From Balanoglossus misakiensis (taxonomy: Eukaryota; Animalia; Hemichordata), in contig CM082590.2 of the NCBI GenBank assembly GCA_040954595.2, positions 558,001-622,000 on the forward strand: a stretch of DNA of 64,000 nt. Direction: 5' to 3'. Made by a program: the position numbers and the translations under genes. Under the pieces are notes generated by a model. The model made no database searches. It worked only from the letters and a program-made list of their open reading frames with translations, and was not told where the DNA came from. This document shows, piece by piece, positions 58,016 to 64,000 of the stretch (the stretch's first letter is position 1; each line of letters starts with the position of its first letter).

Positions 58016-60510
58016 CAGTGTTCTCCACAGGTTGGAAAATTAATGTGGTGCCTAATTTGCATAACAATTGCATAAATAATTAATCAACAGAAGTTTCTGC
58101 CAGGCAAGTCACTTTTCACATTTGACAAAAACTAAAACAATACAACCACTAAGACTTACTTAAATAAATAATCAGCTGAAATATTTCCCCCTCATAAACT
58201 GAAAAAAGACAACATTGATAGCTTAGCCCTGAATACATGTACAGTTTTTAAACATCTGATGTTTTGGAATGACACTCAGATCAAGAATTCCTGCATTTTA
58301 TGCACGGAAAATACTTTTGACCCTCTGAAAATTTCACAAACTAATTTTTGCACATTACTGCTTGAACTTTCCACGTCATGCACATTCCTCTTATGAGAAA
58401 AATGATAGAAACTATGATCTCTCTTTACCACCCATCCCATGCAGAATAACACATTTGAAATAACCAGACAGTCCATTGACATGCAAATAGTTGCATGTCC
58501 CATACTGATACAGTGTAGCAACACCAGATTGCTTGCTTTTGGTTTTGATACATTGTAGGCCCATGCTTAGACTTGCTCCAAGTCTATGGGCTTCATTATG
58601 TGTAGGGAACGCGTAGGCCCATAGACTTGTATACCTTGCTGCTTTACAGTTGCTATGAATTATTCATGTTGACGTCATCTATGAATATGCATTCGCTAAA
58701 TTAAATAGTAGGCGGAGTTCAATGCATGACCTCGAGTACCCGGAAATCATATTTGGGTATCTCATAGCGAAAAATGCAAACGGGTTAATTTCGTTTTACT
58801 CATTTTATGTGCAATTTGATCATCAATTTTTATGGTCGCCCGACGGCTGATACCATAGTTGCAGTGCAGCAATACAGTGTATGATGTATACACTCAAATT
58901 ACAGAGTGCGCTTGCCACACAAACAGACGTTGACATCACACTCACAGGTCACGCCGTAGTTGACTTAGACTTAGAGTAGGCCTATAGCTAGTTTTCAGGT
59001 ACCAAAGTCGCTCATTAAGGTGGCACTGCATGAAACCGTCGAGACTTTTTCAGAGGCCTATTTCTCATCAAAGACAAAGTTAAAACCCCCATAAACCATA
59101 TATATTCTGGAAGCTGAGATTTTGAACTTTTGTTTGAGTTGCAAATATTATTGATCCCCGGAAATGGTGGCGATTTTGGGTGAAAAAACCCATTTTTTGA
59201 TATTATGTCATGAAATTTAAAATAGGTAAAAAAATTGACCATGCATCATGCATCTTAATATGTCATTCGAAACTAGAGTACACGTGCAAAAAAACGCTAA
59301 TTTTGTTTTGCGTTATCTGCTTCCATTGAGGAGTAACAGCGTTTGAAAGTTAGATTTTCTGAAAATTTGATCAAATTCACGGTGAGTTGTATTGAATCAG
59401 AGTTTGTTCCCGCCAGGGATACTTTATCGACAAACAAAACTAGCGTTTTGTTGGATGGGTCATACACAATTCCCTGTCAAAATTTGAGCAAATTCGGCCA
59501 AAGCAGGGCGAAGCTATTTTAGTCCGAAGTTGTCAAAAGCAGCGAAAATGCAAACCGAGAAAAACGGCCATTTGCATTGTTGACACCTATTTGTTAAGCT
59601 GTGAACTCATTCAGAAAAGTGCTATTTGGGGGATGATTGTGCACCATTTCCGCCAAGACGTATTAGTCAGGATGTGGGTGAGTATTAGGCCTACCGATTT
59701 ATGTAAAAAAGTAAAATTTGGCAAAAATCACAACTTTTCATGCAATGCCACCTTAAATGTAGGAGGACTATAGGCGTCGATCGATGTCATTTATTTGGTC
59801 AACTTTGAAGTGTTTGGTTGTTGTTTTTTCACGGCGAATTACGTTCTCGTGACCGTGGATCGTGTCATATCTTGTCTCTCTGAGCGCTCTCAACTACTGT
59901 GCGACATATGTGGTCGACATGAAGCCAAACGCCTGAACATCTACACGAACGTGGGTTCTACGCATTCACGTTATATCTCATCTCTTTATTCTCGACATTG
60001 GCGCACGGGATCGACGCCCCTGTCAATCATTCTTGACTATGTCAACAAACGGCCTGAGCGTTTGTAGATTTTGCAAGGTGTACTAGTCGGTTGGTCGAAG
60101 CTACCCGAAACCACAAGCTCAGTCCCAAATTCAAAACTCACCTCACTACCAAAAACACGCTCAAGGCAAGTATGCACGCAAAAAGTATTGCAATTATTTA
60201 ATAAGACAAAAAACCACCGAAAACACAAAAGTATTGAGATTTAAAAATCGCCAAGCGACTAGTGGGCTAGTCTAGCCCATGCGCTCACAGGCATGTCCCG
60301 AGGGAGACTGCACATTGTTGTAAAGCTGGCGATCGGAGTGAGGTGATTCAAATCAATCTTGACGCCTAATTTTCTCAGTTTGATGCTATTTTTCTATGGA
60401 TGTGTCTTGGCGGCAGAAACTTTTAATGTAGCGCGACCCAATTAAATGTGGCACACATGAATTTTTATTGTGGCGCAGCGCCACATTAAATGGACCTGTG
60501 GAGAACACTG
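58016..60510. mobile_element. hAT-like non-autonomous element hosting a Kolobok MITE
   Basis: TIR CAGTGTTCTCCACAGG / CCTGTGGAGAACACTG; TSD not recognisable. Confidence 0.7.
59019..59752. mobile_element. Kolobok-type MITE
   Basis: TTAA-GGTGGCACTGCATGAAA ... TTTCATGCAATGCCACC-TTAA. Confidence 0.88.
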
Positions 60511-62214
60511 GTCTTGACAGCGTGCAGAGCTGTGTTGCTTCTAGGGTGATTGAAGCCGTGATTAAAGCTGTGGAAGGTGTGAAATCACTCAGTTATGTTC
60601 ACTATTCATCAAGAATTGAAGGGAAATATATGGAACGCCGTAACTGTCTTATATGATTACAGGAAATATTGTCTTCCACATTTTTAGTACATGCTAGGCA
60701 TTGCAGTTAAATTATATGCATTTGTTAATATTGCCAACTATTTTGTCACTTTATTCAAGCCATTTAGTTTACCATCCTAGCCATTTCTCCAACCATTTTA
60801 GCCAAACATTATAATTTTTAATCCTTTTCTCAGTTTATACCAGTTATTTACCATATCACGTTAGGCATTTGTCATATTACGTTATTTATTTTGTGTATTG
60901 TATTACGCATTTGGTATGCAATTATTGGCATTTTTTCATAATGCGTAGTCTTTTATTACTTTATGTTAGTTATTTGGTATATCCTGTTTGGCATTGCAGT
61001 TGAATTATGTGCATTTAGCGTACCATCCTAGCTATTTGCCATAATGTTAAACTCTTGTTAGGTTAATACTGGTAATTTAATAAATTATTTAAGACATTTG
61101 TTACATTATTTTGGGCATATATTATAATCTTTCACTCTTTTCTTAGTTTTTGCAAGTTATCTTGTTAACTTGGTTAGGCATTTGTCTTATTATTTAAGGC
61201 ATCTATGATTAATTTTAATTCCTTTGCCAGTTTGTGCTAGTTATTTTGTAGATCTATCTAGACAAATGTCAGATTATCTTAGGCCAAAGTAAGTAAATTC
61301 TTTGTTTTGCGTCCACTCAAAATTCTAAAAGGTACGAGGGTAAGCGGTCAAAAAACACACACAAAAAAAATAACACAAAATTAGTTTGCCTTTATTTCAG
61401 AGTTTTTCTCGTGCAATATGCACATTTATGTAGTAGTGTGACACACTACTACAATATGATCAAAATACAATGTCATTTGTAGCCTTTAATCTGTCATTTG
61501 CTTTTCTTTTACGAGTTTAAGATTTCTTATTTGTGTGCTGAATGTGGCCACTGTCTCTACAAGTTCTGCAGACTGGCTGGATAGACTGGTACTGTTCCCT
61601 CATATCCGGTGTAATAGGGATGAGATGATTCCTGACCCACAAACATATCAAACATCAGGACTATTCAATCTGGCACTGTAGTAATGTGGAGAAACTTCCA
61701 TCTGCCAAGTTTGGTTGATCACGATGAAACATTTCTGTGAAGAAATGTTTTTGAAAATTCTGTAAACAAAATACGAAAACATGCTTGAGTATAGTGATAA
61801 CATCTCACTACGAAGTATGATGCATATGCCAACCCATGAGATGATAATGATAATATGACTGTATTGCAAAAAAACACAAATGTTCTACATTCACTGAACT
61901 TCACAGTCCCACCACCTATTTTTACTGATCTACCACCATAGAATTTTCTTTTGCTTACCCCCCCCCCCCCCTCTAAATGCTCCCTTTCTCTAGTACCATT
62001 TCACTGACAGAACGATTTGTAATGCTCACCATCATCTGGTGGACCTAGATCTAAAAATCACAAATGAAATGAATTTTAAATATCAAATATTTGAAAATAA
62101 AATGTGACAAATATAACTGTTTCACACTTTATGAATATATTTAAAAACTGTCCAGGAAAACATCTAACAAAATCAAAAAAACATGTGACTGGATTTAAAA
62201 GACAGAAATCAAAC

Positions 62215-62545
62215 CACAAGGGGCTCTCCCTCCGCGATTTTGTTTGTTTGTTTGTTGTTGTTATTGATTGGCATAATAAATAAATATGGTCACGTTTGTC
62301 TGTTGACATGTTAGGTATAATATTCAACGGTCAGGGTTAGGGTCACGGTGTATTCAACGGTCAGGTGGGAGTGCCATGGATCGAAAAAATGCCAACACTT
62401 ACTCTAACCGTTGAATACATGTACACCCTAACCCTGACCGTTGAATACTAGTATACCTTACATGTCAACAAACAAACGTGACCATATTTATTTATTATGC
62501 CAATCAATAACAACAAACAAAATCGCGGAGGGAGAGCCCCCTGTG
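62215..62545. mobile_element. P-like hairpin MITE with 7-bp TSD
   Basis: CACA(A/G)GGGGCTCTCCCTCCGCGATTTTG long TIR; TSD ATCAAAC at 62208-62214 and 62546-62552; inner GGGTTAGGG/CCCTAACCC. Confidence 0.88.
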
Positions 62546-63784
62546 ATCAAACAGCAACAAAGATTATTGTGTTCTGGCTTGACTATAAAAGTTTTCTCTA
62601 CTAAGATAAATTAGTTACCTGGGTATGGGGCCGCACAAAAGGTGAAAAACATCCTTTGGTAGACGAGGTGGTGATGATCGGCGACTGAAACACTGTCTGG
62701 CCGGCTTTATGGTACATTCACCATGGCTTCCAGTAGCCGTGCAAAGTTTTGCGCGTCGGTCACTTCCATCCTGAACTAGTCAAGGATATTTTTATCTTTT
62801 TCCGTAACCTTTAGGACGACTTATTCGTTGGCTTCATTCATGTTAAATCACGGGGATCCCTGGCTTTCCCAGCAGACAGAGGAGATGCGCGGCGACAGGA
62901 CGCGTGCAGCCTGCACCGTGTGTTGACAGACTTCAACTACGAGCATCCGCAGTTGCTGTAGGGCGTACTGTTTTACGTCACACCATGATTAGAATAGGAC
63001 TGCCGTAAAGTGGCATTTGTCGAAATGTCATTTTTTTCGACAAAATACCGCCGTGGATTGGAAATTTATGCAAATGAGTTTTGTGTTATTTTTCTCAAAA
63101 AAGCCCGAAAACCTACGCGCGCGCGGACGCAAAACAAAGAATTTACTTACTTTGGCCTTACGCATTTTTACAATGTTTATGCTTTCGCTGTTTTGTCATA
63201 GCCATTCACTTCGTTGTGGTAGACAATGTTGGGCCCATTAGTGAGGGCGCTGCTCCAGTGGTAGTCTTCTGGCGTATCGTCATAGGCAATTTGTACATCA
63301 TGCAAGGCATTTTCGTTATTGTAGGCATTTGTGCGGGCGCTGTTCGGCAATCCCAATGAATCATGGGAAATAAAGCGGGGTCACGGGGTCATTCGTGCCA
63401 AAACTCTGCAAAGCGTGAGTGGTGTTCTATGGCAGTGCATTCGTATCAGGGCAAGTTTCAACATAGCGCTGGGTCACGATACGCATTTTTCTACAAACAA
63501 TCACGTAAAAAGCAATAACATAAACACAGCTATATCGACTATAACTTATTTTTTCGGAATATCATCCTTATCTCACAGCGAAATGTACGTAAGCAAAGCG
63601 AAAAAACACGAGTCTGGATACTATACTACTCCACTGTGCATGACGATAGGATACTAGGGAAACTGTAGTAGTCCGATCGAGTCGAGGTGCATATACGCAA
63701 GCTTAGCTACTAGTGCAACAATTAACGTATTGATTGTAGGACATGTAAGGCCCAGGTCGTATAATCCGTTTTTAAGAAGACCAA

Positions 63785-64000
63785 TTTTTAGGTCCCATTG
63801 GTATATGGATATATACCATGGGACCTTATGGGATCGGTTGCGTCTGTATGTATGTATGTATGTATGTATGGATGGATGGATGTATGTATGTCTGTATGTC
63901 CGTCCACATCAAAAACTTGAAAACCGCTGCGCGTATCACCTCAATATTTGGTGTGTAGGTGCAGGCTTGGCTGTAGATGGGAATTTGTCCAAACGAAGTT
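63785..64000. mobile_element. Helentron/DINE-like element end (hairpin plus (GTAT)n), runs off the window
   Basis: T-run, then hairpin GGTCCCATTGGTATAT...ATATACCATGGGACC, then microsatellite; homologous to 44520-44730. Confidence 0.65.

Noticed and set aside
60690-61290. T-rich degenerate repeats around TTAGGCATTTG
   Set aside because: Too decayed to define a unit or family.
1758-61972. Many poly-C/poly-G runs as G-quadruplex regulators
   Set aside because: Scattered, mostly within repeats, with no positional pattern; lengths are unreliable in assemblies.
57224-64000. Next CUL1 exon (VTNAVLKLIEKER...)
   Set aside because: No matching sequence found by eye; presumed beyond the window.

Overview
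Eukaryotic (metazoan; probably an invertebrate deuterostome, inferred only from gene and repeat content) genomic window. It holds three spliced housekeeping genes and one tRNA gene inside a very dense, nested transposon landscape. Minus strand: the 5' half of a BZW/5MP gene (5 coding exons, 13306 to 399, continuing past position 1). Plus strand: a complete 3-exon SEM1/DSS1 gene (16349-25657, 76 aa) and the 5' part of CUL1 (4 coding exons, 47324-57223, continuing past the window), whose first coding-region intron is U12-type. A tRNA-Gln(TTG) lies about 450 bp upstream of the CUL1 promoter. Between SEM1 and the tRNA is a nest of elements: a Helentron/DINE-like host repeat interrupted by a LINE, by a foldback element with a 9-bp TSD, and by a piggyBac-like element whose ORF carries a 63-bp coding minisatellite; a young BEL/Pao LTR retrotransposon sits inside that piggyBac-like element. 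Many MITEs have readable TSDs (Kolobok TTAA, MULE 9 bp, Academ-like 9 bp, P-like 7 bp, hAT 6 bp, Tc1/mariner TA), and there is a probable 21-bp P-type excision footprint. I found no clearly new multi-gene system; the best leads are regulatory or transposon-mechanistic. All family assignments come from recalled motifs, not database searches.
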